A stretch of 64,000 nt of DNA from Alphaproteobacteria bacterium (lineage in GTDB: Bacteria; Pseudomonadota; Alphaproteobacteria; RF32; CAG-239), in assembly GCA_017470585.1 (NCBI GenBank), contig JAFUYI010000009.1, forward strand, positions 954-64,953, written 5' to 3'. The position numbers were made by a program, and so were the translations under genes. A model generated the notes under the pieces. That model made no database searches, had not been told where the DNA came from, and saw only the letters and a program-made list of their open reading frames with translations. Of this stretch, positions 9,100 through 18,438 are shown piece after piece; the stretch's first letter is position 1; each line of letters begins with the position of its first letter.

Positions 9100-10830
9100 T
9101 TGGAAATATCGCAAGAAGATAACGATTTATCGGACGGCTCGGCAGAAATATTGAATTTATTAAACTCCGCCGAATTATCGGTAAAAACCAAAATAATGCT
9201 TTTAAATTCCCGACCGCTGTCTGACCAAGAACACGAAAAACGCTATAACCAAATCCAATTAAGCCGCGCCCGCCAGCTTTTGGATGAATATATTATCGGG
9301 CGCGATCTCAAGGATATTATCCAACGACACAAATGCCGCGGAAAAAAAGCTTCATCGGGAAACAATACCGGGCAAGATAAGATGACAACCGCCGAGGCTA
9401 TCAAACAACGGTATCCGCGGCTTGGCGGAAGGCAAATCCGCGATTTTAAAAATCTTGAATTGAAATACATTAAAGAGGCCATTCTTATTGCTCTTGAAAC
9501 CGGACGGGAATTGACCCGCTCTTTGGCTCTGTCCCGCAGTACCCGCAAACGTGCCGACAATGCCAAACAGACAATGCCCGTAAATATCCGGCAGTGGATG
9601 CCCAAAAAGGAAGATTTTGCCGAGGAATACCAAAAATTAAGATTAACGGAAAAAATGGGAGCAACCTCTTTATTTGCCAATATCGGTGTCGGAACCTGCC
9701 TTTTGGAAGCCAACACCCCGATCAGGGTTACGGTTGCCAATGAAAAAGAACCGCGCCGTGCCAAAGCACACAAACGGCTTTATCCCGATTGTGAGGTTAT
9801 TGAGGGAGATATTGCCGACAGCAAAGTTTTTGCCGAAGTAATCAAGGCCCATCGGGAAAAAGACAACAAAATAATGTATATATGCTGTCCCTGTCAGGAT
9901 GCCTCTTCCTTAAATTCCGCAGAAAGCAAAGGGAAAGGAGAGCGAGCGATATTGTTTAAATCGGCATTGGATGTGATTGAGGCGGTTTTGCCGATGTACA
10001 TAGTTTTTGAAAACGTTGCCCGCTGGCTGGAAGGCCGCCCCGAAAGAGCCTTGGACATTTTGGGCGATAAGACCATCGGGAATTACTTGGTTAAAAACCT
10101 TGAATGCTTGGGCTACAATGTAACGGTGGGGATTTTATCGGCGGCAGATTATGAAACTGCCGAAAACCGCGAACGCGCCATTATTTTAGCCTGCAAAAAA
10201 GAATTGGGCGTATGGAAATTTCCCAAAAAACACAAATTCCGCCCTACGGTTTTCGAGGCTATCGGCAATATGAAATCGCTGGAAGCGGGAGAAGTTGATC
10301 CGAATAATAAATGGCATTACGGTCTTCCGCTCGCAAAACACGAAATTGAATTTCTGGCACATACACCAACCGGATGCTCGGCTTGGAATAATGCCAAAAT
10401 CTATCAACCCCGCAACAAAGACGGCTCACCCTCGGGGGCGCAATTTGATGGTTCATATAAAAGAATAGACCCCATCAACCCTTGCAATGTGATTGAAAGC
10501 AGCAGCGGCAGTATCGGCGACATAAACTCCGTTCACTTCGGACGACCTTTGAGCGACGGCACTTATTCAGACAGCCGCGTACTTTCCATTGCCGAGATTC
10601 TGCGCCTTATCGGCACTCCCGATGATTTTTTGGAACCTTTGATATCTCCGCCAAAAGATGATAATGATTTTAACGGTTTAACTTGGAAAGAGGGGCGGCT
10701 GATCGGAGCTGATGAAAGTTTTATCCGCCTCGTTTTGGGGGAACACATGTGTCCGAAACTGTTGCTTAATTTAATGACGACCATGCCGGGAGCAGCAAAT
10801 GACAATGCTCCGCCGGATGATAAAAGTTAA
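9100..10830 (+). CDS. DNA (cytosine-5)-methyltransferase family protein with ~200-aa N-terminal extension; no cognate restriction enzyme nearby
   Basis: 576 aa. Motif I-like SLFANIGVGTCLLEA, motif IV CCPCQDAS (PCQ), motif VI FENV, motif VIII RERAIILA. No endonuclease gene adjacent. Confidence 0.7.
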   Translation: MEISQEDNDLSDGSAEILNLLNSAELSVKTKIMLLNSRPLSDQEHEKRYNQIQLSRARQLLDEYIIGRDLKDIIQRHKCRGKKASSGNNTGQDKMTTAEAIKQRYPRLGGRQIRDFKNLELKYIKEAILIALETGRELTRSLALSRSTRKRADNAKQTMPVNIRQWMPKKEDFAEEYQKLRLTEKMGATSLFANIGVGTCLLEANTPIRVTVANEKEPRRAKAHKRLYPDCEVIEGDIADSKVFAEVIKAHREKDNKIMYICCPCQDASSLNSAESKGKGERAILFKSALDVIEAVLPMYIVFENVARWLEGRPERALDILGDKTIGNYLVKNLECLGYNVTVGILSAADYETAENRERAIILACKKELGVWKFPKKHKFRPTVFEAIGNMKSLEAGEVDPNNKWHYGLPLAKHEIEFLAHTPTGCSAWNNAKIYQPRNKDGSPSGAQFDGSYKRIDPINPCNVIESSSGSIGDINSVHFGRPLSDGTYSDSRVLSIAEILRLIGTPDDFLEPLISPPKDDNDFNGLTWKEGRLIGADESFIRLVLGEHMCPKLLLNLMTTMPGAANDNAPPDDKS

Positions 10831-11447
10831 GCATTGCCATCGGCAAAGCTTAAACCGAATCTTTCAATAAAATGCCTGACAGTTGAGCGATGAACGCCCA
10901 ATATTCGGGCGATTTGCGATTTTGAAACACCGGCTTCCAATAAAATCTGCAAACGCTTGCTGTTTTTGGTGAGCTTGAGTTTTTTAGATTCCGATGCCAG
11001 CGGCCGCCCGAGTTTTTTACCGCGGGCTTTAAGGTTGGCAAGGCTTGATTTGGTGCGTTCGGAAATAAGTTGCCTTTCTATCTCCGCCGCCAACCCGAAA
11101 GCAAAAGCAAGAACTTTTGATTGTATATCATTGCCGAGCCGATAGTTTTCTTTTAAGCTCCAAACGCGGCAGTTTTTGTTAAGACAGATTTCCAAAATTT
11201 TCATAACTTCCAAAAGGGAACGCCCCAAACGTGATATTTCGCAGGTAATAAGCGTATCATTTTCTTGCAATTTGTTCAGAAGTTCACCCAATTTGCGCTT
11301 TTCCAAGGACTTGCGGGAAGATATTTTTTCCTCAATCCAAACATCAATTTTTATCCCCTCTCTGCGTGCAAAATTTTCTATTTCAAAACGCTGATGCTCA
11401 AGTGTTTGATGCGAAGAACTAACTCTAACGTAACCGATTGTAGTCAT
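10827..11447 (-). CDS. Small serine recombinase (resolvase/DNA-invertase family)
   Basis: 206 aa; N-terminal MTTIGYVRVSSSHQTLEHQ with catalytic Ser, resolvase catalytic domain and a C-terminal HTH (SKSQIARILGVHRSTVRHFI). Confidence 0.85.
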   Translation of the reverse strand: MTTIGYVRVSSSHQTLEHQRFEIENFARREGIKIDVWIEEKISSRKSLEKRKLGELLNKLQENDTLITCEISRLGRSLLEVMKILEICLNKNCRVWSLKENYRLGNDIQSKVLAFAFGLAAEIERQLISERTKSSLANLKARGKKLGRPLASESKKLKLTKNSKRLQILLEAGVSKSQIARILGVHRSTVRHFIERFGLSFADGNA

Positions 11448-11612
11448 AATAAAAAACCTCCCAAAATATTAAAAAAACTGATCAATTAAATAGAACGTTT
11501 AAATCAACCGCTTTTCATTAAATATGCACAAATTATCCACAGCCTCTGCCCCGCATGGCTTAAACCTGATTTGAGAATTTTATTTAACATTAAGATTTTT
11601 GCTATTTTCTTC

Positions 11613-11869
11613 TTTACATTGTCAATTTTTTATGATAGGGTGATTTTGAAGTGAATGAAAAGTCACTTTGAGGTGTGGAAACCTCTCATACGATGTCCGC
11701 ACAAGACATAAAACTGCTTCTGGTCGATTATGGCCGGAAGGTGTGGAAATAAGGCTTGCCAAATACCACGCACTGTTTCGTATGACAGTTTCCAACTTCC
11801 GACCACCTCGAGGGATTAGCACCCAACAGGTGGTTTTTTATAACTTTAATAAAAAAGGAAGTTTGAGAT
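11613..11869 (+). promoter_or_regulatory. Promoter (-35 TTTACA, 17 bp, -10 TAGGGT) plus structured leader of paralog 2
   Basis: P1 AAGTGA/TCACTT, P2 GAGG/CCTC, outer helix ggccggaag/cttccgacc, P3a GTGTGG/CCACGCAC, terminator CCACCT...AGGTGG + T6. Confidence 0.6.
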
Positions 11870-12358
11870 ATGAACAAATATATTTTAATGCTAGGCATTG
11901 CCGGTATCGCTCTCGGCAGTTATACTGCCTATGCTAATAATGAAGCCACAATGACCGTTACCGCAACGATTGCCCACGACGTGAGCTTAACCAAAGTTGA
12001 TGATATTCATTTTGATATGACGGTTAACCCTGCCGTGACATCGCTTGAAGATGGTAGATTGTTTCCCGGAGATCCTTATGCTCCTGAGAACAGCGGTGTA
12101 ACTGCATTCAGCGGAAATGTCGGTACTTTCCGAGGCAATATTCCCAATCCTGATGACGCTGTTGAAAACAGCAAATTCACTTTTTCTCCGGATACTTTGA
12201 CAAGCTCAACTTTGAGTGTTTCTTTTTGGGATGGATGTATAACATATAACAGCGGCACATCATTATTTGAGGTTAATCCTATGATTAGTTATCATAACGG
12301 CGCACCCGGCGCAGGTGATCATAATTTCGGAAGTGTGCTTATCACTTACCATCCGTAA
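11870..12358 (+). CDS. Secreted beta-rich protein, paralog 2 (divergent C-terminal half; single Cys)
   Basis: 162 aa; MNKYILMLGIAGIALGSYTAYANNEATMTVTATIAHDVSL..., C-terminus VLITYHP. Confidence 0.75.
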   Translation: MNKYILMLGIAGIALGSYTAYANNEATMTVTATIAHDVSLTKVDDIHFDMTVNPAVTSLEDGRLFPGDPYAPENSGVTAFSGNVGTFRGNIPNPDDAVENSKFTFSPDTLTSSTLSVSFWDGCITYNSGTSLFEVNPMISYHNGAPGAGDHNFGSVLITYHP

Positions 12359-12514
12359 TTAAAGCATAAAAAAACGAAGCGGGGGGATTTAAAAAAATCT
12401 CCCCGCAGTTATATCTGCCGTTCCTTTTAGCAAAAAATAGTCTGTTTTGTAAAGAAAAGTGTTGTTATTTATAAAATAACTGCTAAACTGCAGGCAAATA
12501 TTTTAAGGATAACC

Positions 12515-13288
12515 ATGAAAATTGATGATTCGGACATAGAGCTTTTAAGCAATGAAGAGCTGGCAATGCTTTTGGGAAACGACCCGAAAGAACACTCCGC
12601 ACCGCTTTCGCCGCAAGAAAGTGCTGCCGTAGATGCGCTCAAATATGCCCTGTTGGCAAGGTTTCTCATTGATTGTGATCTGTCTTCCCGCCGCGGCAGT
12701 TTTAGATCTTCGGGTTTAGAGTTTGTTCTGCTTGACGATAAGAAGCAAAACATCGGCGCAATCTTTTTTGATTACGTTTTTGCCGGCCGTATTCTCAATT
12801 TGGTTTTAGGCGGAAGTGCGGATGTGTATGAAAATATTATGCCTCTTACTAAAAACGCCAAAGAAATATTAAAAGAAGTGGCAAAAGAGATTATATCAGC
12901 TTTTGCCCCGCATATTATGCCTGATTTTCAAACGCTTGATGAAAACCCGCAAGAAACCTCCGTTAATTATCCGCAGGCTTTGATTACCGATATGTCAAAT
13001 ATCGGCAGTTTTGCGTTAATCAAAAAAGAGGACATTAAAACCTGCGCAGTACAAGACAAAACTCCGGATATGGTTTTAGATGTACCGCTTGAAATGACGG
13101 CGCAGATTGCCGCCAAAAACATAGCCTTCAGCGAGTTGCTTAATTGGCGGGAGGGATTTTTTTTCCCGTTAGGTATTGAAAAAAATCCGCAAATCTCTAT
13201 ACTATGCGGAGATTCCGTGATGTTGGAAGGAAAACTCGGACGTAAAAACCAAAATATTGCCGTTAAAATAACCAAAAAGGTGTCTTAA
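12515..13288 (+). CDS. Flagellar-motor-switch-like protein with SpoA (FliN/FliM C-terminal) domain
   Basis: 257 aa. N-terminal LSNEELAMLLG resembles the FliM/FliY CheY-binding peptide. The C-terminal DVPLEMTAQIAAKNIAFSELLNWREGFFFPLG...ILCGDSVMLEGKLGRKNQNIAVKITK aligns to the FliN SpoA domain. A T3SS SctQ-like role cannot be excluded. Confidence 0.5.
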   Translation: MKIDDSDIELLSNEELAMLLGNDPKEHSAPLSPQESAAVDALKYALLARFLIDCDLSSRRGSFRSSGLEFVLLDDKKQNIGAIFFDYVFAGRILNLVLGGSADVYENIMPLTKNAKEILKEVAKEIISAFAPHIMPDFQTLDENPQETSVNYPQALITDMSNIGSFALIKKEDIKTCAVQDKTPDMVLDVPLEMTAQIAAKNIAFSELLNWREGFFFPLGIEKNPQISILCGDSVMLEGKLGRKNQNIAVKITKKVS

Positions 13289-13740
13289 TGATTAGTTTTG
13301 AATTGTTTGTTGATATTGCCATTATCCTGCTGTTGATTTTAACCATAATTTTTATTTGGCGGTTAAATCGTAACTTATCAATTATCCGCGACAATCAGGA
13401 TAGTTTATTTAATTTGGCGCAAAACTTAAACGATGCGTCGGATAAAGCCGGAGGTGCGGTTGCAAGCCTTAAAAGCGCGGCTCTTGAAACCGCTTCAGGT
13501 CTGGAAAAAGCAATCCGCGCCTCTCAAACCTCAAAAGAAGAATTAACCTCGTTGATGAAAAATGCCGAATCGCTTGCCGCAAAATTGGAAACCACGCTTA
13601 TTGCCTCGCAGTCGGCGCAGAAACGTTTGGCGGCCGTTGCGGCGTTGACACGATCAATCCCCGAACCCAAAGTTCAAAAGCAAGAACAAAAATCCGAAGC
13701 GGAACTGGAATTGTTAAAAGCTCTGCGTTCAATCAGATAG
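13288..13740 (+). CDS. Hypothetical single-pass membrane coiled-coil protein (translationally coupled to upstream SpoA protein)
   Basis: 150 aa; N-terminal TM (FVDIAIILLLILTIIFIW) then a helical, Ala/Lys/Glu-rich region. Start overlaps the previous stop (ATGA). Confidence 0.4.
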   Translation: MISFELFVDIAIILLLILTIIFIWRLNRNLSIIRDNQDSLFNLAQNLNDASDKAGGAVASLKSAALETASGLEKAIRASQTSKEELTSLMKNAESLAAKLETTLIASQSAQKRLAAVAALTRSIPEPKVQKQEQKSEAELELLKALRSIR

Positions 13741-13749
13741 GAGAAGCCC

Positions 13750-14172
13750 TTGCCCTCAAGATCATCGCTCTTTTTTATGCTTTCGGTTGCGGCAATAATT
13801 TTGCTTATTGTCAAGCTTGAGCATATTTTTTACCCGCAAGCGGATATTGTTGAAATACCATTAAGCGAATCGGCAATAAATCCGCCCGCTTCGCCGCACC
13901 GTATCCGCTATAATGAGAGCCTTGCCGAAGAGAGGAGAAAGCTTGAATTAAAAGGTGCCGAATTACGAGCTTTAAGCAATGAAATTGATAACAAACTGGA
14001 AAATTTAAGAAAAACGGAAAATAATATCTTAAACCTTATCCGCCAAAACGAAGAATTAAATATTGAAGTCAACATCTCGGATTATGATACGGAGCTTGAG
14101 GACCTAAAAGAAGTCCCCGATATTATAAGCGATGAAAACAAACCTCTTATTATTGAGTATGACGGCGTTTAA
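13750..14172 (+). CDS. Hypothetical single-pass membrane coiled-coil protein
   Basis: 140 aa; N-terminal TM ([17 protein letters not shown]) and a coiled-coil; ends 1 nt before the uvrB start. Confidence 0.4.
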   Translation: MPSRSSLFFMLSVAAIILLIVKLEHIFYPQADIVEIPLSESAINPPASPHRIRYNESLAEERRKLELKGAELRALSNEIDNKLENLRKTENNILNLIRQNEELNIEVNISDYDTELEDLKEVPDIISDENKPLIIEYDGV

Positions 14173-16181
14173 TGAGCGAAGATTTTAAAATAAACAGCCC
14201 GTTTGAGCCGGCAGGCGACCAACCGCAGGCAATAAAAGAGCTTTGCGAGGGCATAAAACAGGGATTGAGAAACCAAGTTTTATTAGGCGTTACCGGTTCG
14301 GGCAAAACCTTTACCATGGCAAAAGTCATTGAGCATTGCCGCCGTCCGGCATTGATTATGGCACCAAATAAAATCTTGGCGGCACAGCTTTACAGTGAGA
14401 TGAGAGAGTTTTTTCCTCACAATCATGTGGAATATTTTGTGTCTTATTACGATTATTACCAACCCGAAGCTTATGTTCCCAAAACCGATACATATATTGA
14501 AAAAGACTCTGCCATCAACGAACAAATTGACAGAATGCGCAACTCCGCCACCCGCAGTATTTTGGAAAACCGCGATGTAATTATTGTTGCCTCGGTTTCC
14601 TGCATTTACGGCTTGGGCGATGTTGCTTCTTATTCGGCAATGACCTGCGAATTAAAAGTCGGTGATTGTGTGGAACTCTCCGATGTTTGCCGAAGACTTG
14701 CCGAGCTGCAGTATGAGCGCAATCAGCAAAACTTTGTCCGCACATCTTTCCGCGTTCAGGGCGACACTTTAGACGTTTTTCCCGCCCACCTTGAAGATAG
14801 GGCTTGGCGGATTTCTTTTTTCGGTGATGAAATTGAAAGTATTTACGAGTTTGATTCCTTAACCGGCAAAAAAATTACCGCCCTTGAGCGTGTGGTTGTC
14901 TATCCCGCCAGTCACTATGTAACCCCTCGCCCGACACTTTCACAGGCGATTGTCAACATCAAAAAAGAACTTCAAGAACAGCTCGAAATTTATCGCCGCA
15001 ACAATCAGCTTTTGGAAGCGCAACGCTTGGAACAGCGCACGCGCTTTGATTTGGAAATGTTGGAAACAACCGGACATTGCAAAGGCATTGAAAACTATTC
15101 CCGTTATTTAACCGGAAGAACTGCCGGCTCTCCGCCGCCTACTTTATTTGAATATCTGCCCGAAGACGCGCTTTTGTTTATTGACGAGAGCCATATTTCC
15201 GTGCCGCAAATCGGCGGAATGTTCAGGGGCGACCGCAATCGCAAGGCAACCCTTGCGCAATATGGTTTCCGCTTGCCTTCGTGCTTGGATAACCGCCCGT
15301 TAAAGTTTGAAGAATGGGAAAAAATGCGCCCGCAAACCATCTTTGTTTCCGCCACTCCCGGCGATTGGGAATTAGGACAAAGTCAGGGGAGTTTTGCCGA
15401 ACAGGTCATCCGCCCGACGGGTCTGGTTGATCCGGTTTGCCTCATCCGTCCGGTTGAAAATCAAATTGACGATTTAATGGAAGAGTGCCGCCGAAATATA
15501 CTTAAAAAAGAGCGGGTTTTGGTTACAACCCTTACAAAAAAAATGGCGGAGGATTTAACTGAATACTTGAACGAAAACGGGATCAAAGTACGCTATATGC
15601 ACTCCGATATTGATACACTGGAGCGAATTGAGATTGTTAAAGATTTGCGCCTCGGGGTTTTTGATGTTTTGGTCGGCATTAACTTGCTTCGAGAGGGGCT
15701 GGATATTCCCGAATGCTCACTGGTGGCGATTTTGGATGCCGACAAAGAAGGCTTTTTGCGTTCTGCCCGTTCACTTATCCAAACCATCGGACGAGCCGCC
15801 CGAAATGCCCAAAGCCGCGTGATTTTATATGCCGACAAAATGACCGGTTCCATAAAAGAGGCCTTGGATGAAACCAACCGCCGCCGTGAAAAGCAGTTAA
15901 AATTCAACCTTGAACACGGCATAACTCCGAAAACGGTTAAAAAGAGTATCGCCGCAAGCTTGAGCGAAATGAGCGAAACCGACTTTAAAAAAGAGGAAAC
16001 TATCACTGCAGGCGATGCCAAAGATATTGAAAAGCAAATCAAAGACTATACCAAGCTTATGCGTGAGGCGGCGGCCAACCTTGAATTTGAACAGGCGGTT
16101 ATCTACCGCGATAAAATTAAAGCACTGGAATTGCTTGCTATGCGGGTTTATGACAACAGTATGTATATCAACGGCGATTAA
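14172..16181 (+). CDS. uvrB: Excinuclease ABC subunit B
   Basis: 669 aa; Walker [10 protein letters not shown], helicase motifs, and the C-terminal UvrB/UvrC interaction domain (...[14 protein letters not shown]). Confidence 0.95.
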   Translation: MSEDFKINSPFEPAGDQPQAIKELCEGIKQGLRNQVLLGVTGSGKTFTMAKVIEHCRRPALIMAPNKILAAQLYSEMREFFPHNHVEYFVSYYDYYQPEAYVPKTDTYIEKDSAINEQIDRMRNSATRSILENRDVIIVASVSCIYGLGDVASYSAMTCELKVGDCVELSDVCRRLAELQYERNQQNFVRTSFRVQGDTLDVFPAHLEDRAWRISFFGDEIESIYEFDSLTGKKITALERVVVYPASHYVTPRPTLSQAIVNIKKELQEQLEIYRRNNQLLEAQRLEQRTRFDLEMLETTGHCKGIENYSRYLTGRTAGSPPPTLFEYLPEDALLFIDESHISVPQIGGMFRGDRNRKATLAQYGFRLPSCLDNRPLKFEEWEKMRPQTIFVSATPGDWELGQSQGSFAEQVIRPTGLVDPVCLIRPVENQIDDLMEECRRNILKKERVLVTTLTKKMAEDLTEYLNENGIKVRYMHSDIDTLERIEIVKDLRLGVFDVLVGINLLREGLDIPECSLVAILDADKEGFLRSARSLIQTIGRAARNAQSRVILYADKMTGSIKEALDETNRRREKQLKFNLEHGITPKTVKKSIAASLSEMSETDFKKEETITAGDAKDIEKQIKDYTKLMREAAANLEFEQAVIYRDKIKALELLAMRVYDNSMYINGD

Positions 16182-16440
16182 CCCTTGTATGAACAGATTT
16201 TAAATATTTTTCAATTTACTATTGCCAATCGACTTTTAAGAGCTGATTACAAACACCCCTCCTGACAATCACAATACTCTTATTTTAGATTTTCCCGATT
16301 TTTCGGAATTTTCTAAAATGCGATGTTTATAATCCGCTTAAATCAACATTCACAAGCATTGGCTCATCCGGATTTTCGGACTTAAAAAACATAATCATAT
16401 ACCAATGTTCATACACGTTTTATAAGATATATTTAACATA

Positions 16441-16522
16441 AAAATACACATTTTTCAAGCTTTGATTTGACATTTTATACACATTTTTCTTAAAATAATT
16501 GTACTAAAAATACACATTTTTC
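16441..16522. repeat. Three direct repeats of aaaatacacatttttc with exact 33-nt spacing in the AT-rich uvrB/paralog-3 intergenic region
   Basis: Copies start at 16441, 16474 and 16507 (the middle copy has one variant base). Confidence 0.5.
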
Positions 16523-16618
16523 TGAAATATATCGTTTTTTATGGGATTTCTTGAGCAAAAACGACCATAAGTTGCAGTAATGAATTGATAAGGAAGAATA
16601 AAAAAACAAAAATTTTTC

Positions 16619-16873
16619 TTTACATTTAACAATTTCTTATTTATAGTAATCATTGAAGCAAGTGATGATTGCTTTGAGGTTTCACCACCTCTTTGTATTC
16701 GTTTGACCAAGTCGTTAATTGGTATTTTCTGGCTTTATGTAGCCGGAAGCCTGCGGAATATGCTATTCTTTTGAAATACGCAGGACTATTTAATGCAAAT
16801 AGTGGTGAACTTCCGGCTGCACCTTGCAGCTTGTATCGTGTATTAACATGATTTTGCAAAGGAAGTTTTTAAG
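16619..16873 (+). promoter_or_regulatory. Promoter (-35 TTTACA, 17 bp, -10 TATAGT) plus structured leader of paralog 3 (most divergent leader)
   Basis: P1 AAGCAA/TTGCTT, P2 GAGG/CCTC, outer helix gccggaag/cttccggc, P3a CCTGCG/CGCAGG, inner hairpin CTATTT/AAATAG. The terminal hairpin GCTGCA/TGCAGC has a poor U-run. Confidence 0.5.
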
Positions 16874-17389
16874 ATGAATAAATATATTTTAATGCTCGGC
16901 GTTGCAGGAGTTGTTCTTGGCTCCTATTGCGCCATGGCCTCCAACTCTGCCACAATGACCGTTACCGCAACGATTGCCCACGATGTCAGCCTCGGCGGTG
17001 TTACAGAATTAAACGTCGGCACCATAACCGTCAATCCGGCAAGTCACGGCAACTGCCATATAACTTATGATTCCAACGGAACGCTAATAGATGCATACAC
17101 TTGTTCAGCCACTAGTGCCACTCCGGGAACTTTTACCGCCAATATTGCCAACCCTGAAGGCTGCAACGGCACTTCTTATGCCTGTTCGGGGTTAAGAGTA
17201 ACAAACGAAATACTCAACCCTTTTGGCGGGGATAGCGGTGATGATTATTGTCATTTTTATATCACTTATGATTCCGGCAACCGATTTAAGGTCTTTCCTT
17301 ATAATTGCTATATTGAAGATATGTCACAAACAGAGTACGGATTGCATACGCATACCAACGCTTTGACTATATCTTATACGGCAAGCTGA
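16874..17389 (+). CDS. Secreted beta-rich protein, paralog 3 (Cys-rich)
   Basis: 171 aa; MNKYILMLGVAGVVLGSYCAMASNSATMTVTATIAHDVSL...FKVFPYNC...LTISYTAS. Confidence 0.75.
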   Translation: MNKYILMLGVAGVVLGSYCAMASNSATMTVTATIAHDVSLGGVTELNVGTITVNPASHGNCHITYDSNGTLIDAYTCSATSATPGTFTANIANPEGCNGTSYACSGLRVTNEILNPFGGDSGDDYCHFYITYDSGNRFKVFPYNCYIEDMSQTEYGLHTHTNALTISYTAS

Positions 17390-17406
17390 CGAGGTTTATT
17401 ACCAAA

Positions 17407-17444
17407 ATATGCCCCGCAGGCTGTTGTTTGCGGGGCATATTTTA
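17407..17444. terminator. Bidirectional terminator hairpin between paralog 3 and virB11
   Basis: atatgccccgcaggctgttgtttgcggggcatatttt. Confidence 0.6.
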
Positions 17445-17457
17445 TAAAAAACGTTTT

Positions 17458-18426
17458 TTAAGTTACCTCGGTTACGGCGCGCAAGTTGCCGTCACGGTTG
17501 ATTTGAACCACCCTTAATTTATGGTGCATCTCCTCAATTGTCTTGCGTCTGTCCAAAGTCGGATAGGAGTGCAAAATACGATCAACAAACGCCTCGTACG
17601 CCGCACTGGAACTTTCGGCGTGGATGGTTGCCAAGCAGTTATCGTGACCTGATCCCATCAGCTCCCATAAAGCTCCGGCGTTTCCGGTTGAAATCTCACC
17701 TCCGATAATCGCATCCGGAGTAAAACGAACCACCAAGTCAATAATTCCTTTATAATCGAACTGGTTGGTCTGTCCGGTACGCGACATTACGATATGAACA
17801 CGATTAGGGTGCGGAACCAAAAGTTCCCGCGCATCCTCAATCGTTATAACGCGTTTATGAATGTCCAAAATTTTCAACAAGTTGTTCAAAAAGGTGGTCT
17901 TACCGGTTGCAGTCGCACCGCTGACCAGAATATGATCACCCCTTTTAATACTCAACAGCAGCCGTTCATACGGATCATCGGGGTCTTTAATATTCTTCAA
18001 CGGGTTAATTTGGTGCAATTTTTCACCCTGTTTCAAACCGTAATCCCCCAAACCGAACGCCACATCATCGCTATGAACACGGATAGCTATAGCAACACCG
18101 CCGGTAATATCGCCTTCATCGTACATCACGTTTTTACCGCAGATTGCCGAAAAACGATGTTCCCCGGGAATAGTGGCATAAACCACCGGCGTTCCCGAAA
18201 CCGGATCAAACGGCAGTTCATAGGTATTGGCAACGATATAAAGTAAATCAGTCAAGTACTCCTTGCTTAATTTTTCATCTTTATACATCACCCACGGATA
18301 CGCCCTTTTGCCGCGCAGTCGGAGCCATACCTGCCCGGAGCGGTTAATGGCAACCTCTTCAATGCCTTCTTGGTTGTACCAGTATGCCAACGGGCGAAGA
18401 ACCGATTCCAATACTTCAAAACTCAT
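17458..18426 (-). CDS. virB11: T4SS ATPase VirB11/TrbB family
   Basis: 322 aa; Walker A SGATATGKTTFLN, Walker B/His box; T2SS-E/VirB11 family. Confidence 0.9.
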   Translation of the reverse strand: MSFEVLESVLRPLAYWYNQEGIEEVAINRSGQVWLRLRGKRAYPWVMYKDEKLSKEYLTDLLYIVANTYELPFDPVSGTPVVYATIPGEHRFSAICGKNVMYDEGDITGGVAIAIRVHSDDVAFGLGDYGLKQGEKLHQINPLKNIKDPDDPYERLLLSIKRGDHILVSGATATGKTTFLNNLLKILDIHKRVITIEDARELLVPHPNRVHIVMSRTGQTNQFDYKGIIDLVVRFTPDAIIGGEISTGNAGALWELMGSGHDNCLATIHAESSSAAYEAFVDRILHSYPTLDRRKTIEEMHHKLRVVQINRDGNLRAVTEVT

Positions 18427-18438
18427 ACTTTCTCACTC

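Noticed and set aside
9243-9773. 176-aa minus-strand ORF inside the methyltransferase gene
   Set aside because: It is antisense to an ORF carrying ordered C5-MTase motifs and is implausible as a separate gene.
15593-16042. 149-aa minus-strand ORF within uvrB
   Set aside because: It is a shadow ORF of a highly conserved gene.
16504-16859. Minus-strand ORFs 16504-16710 and 16650-16859
   Set aside because: They lie in AT-rich intergenic DNA and overlap the paralog 3 promoter and leader on the other strand. They have low-complexity translations and no RBS.
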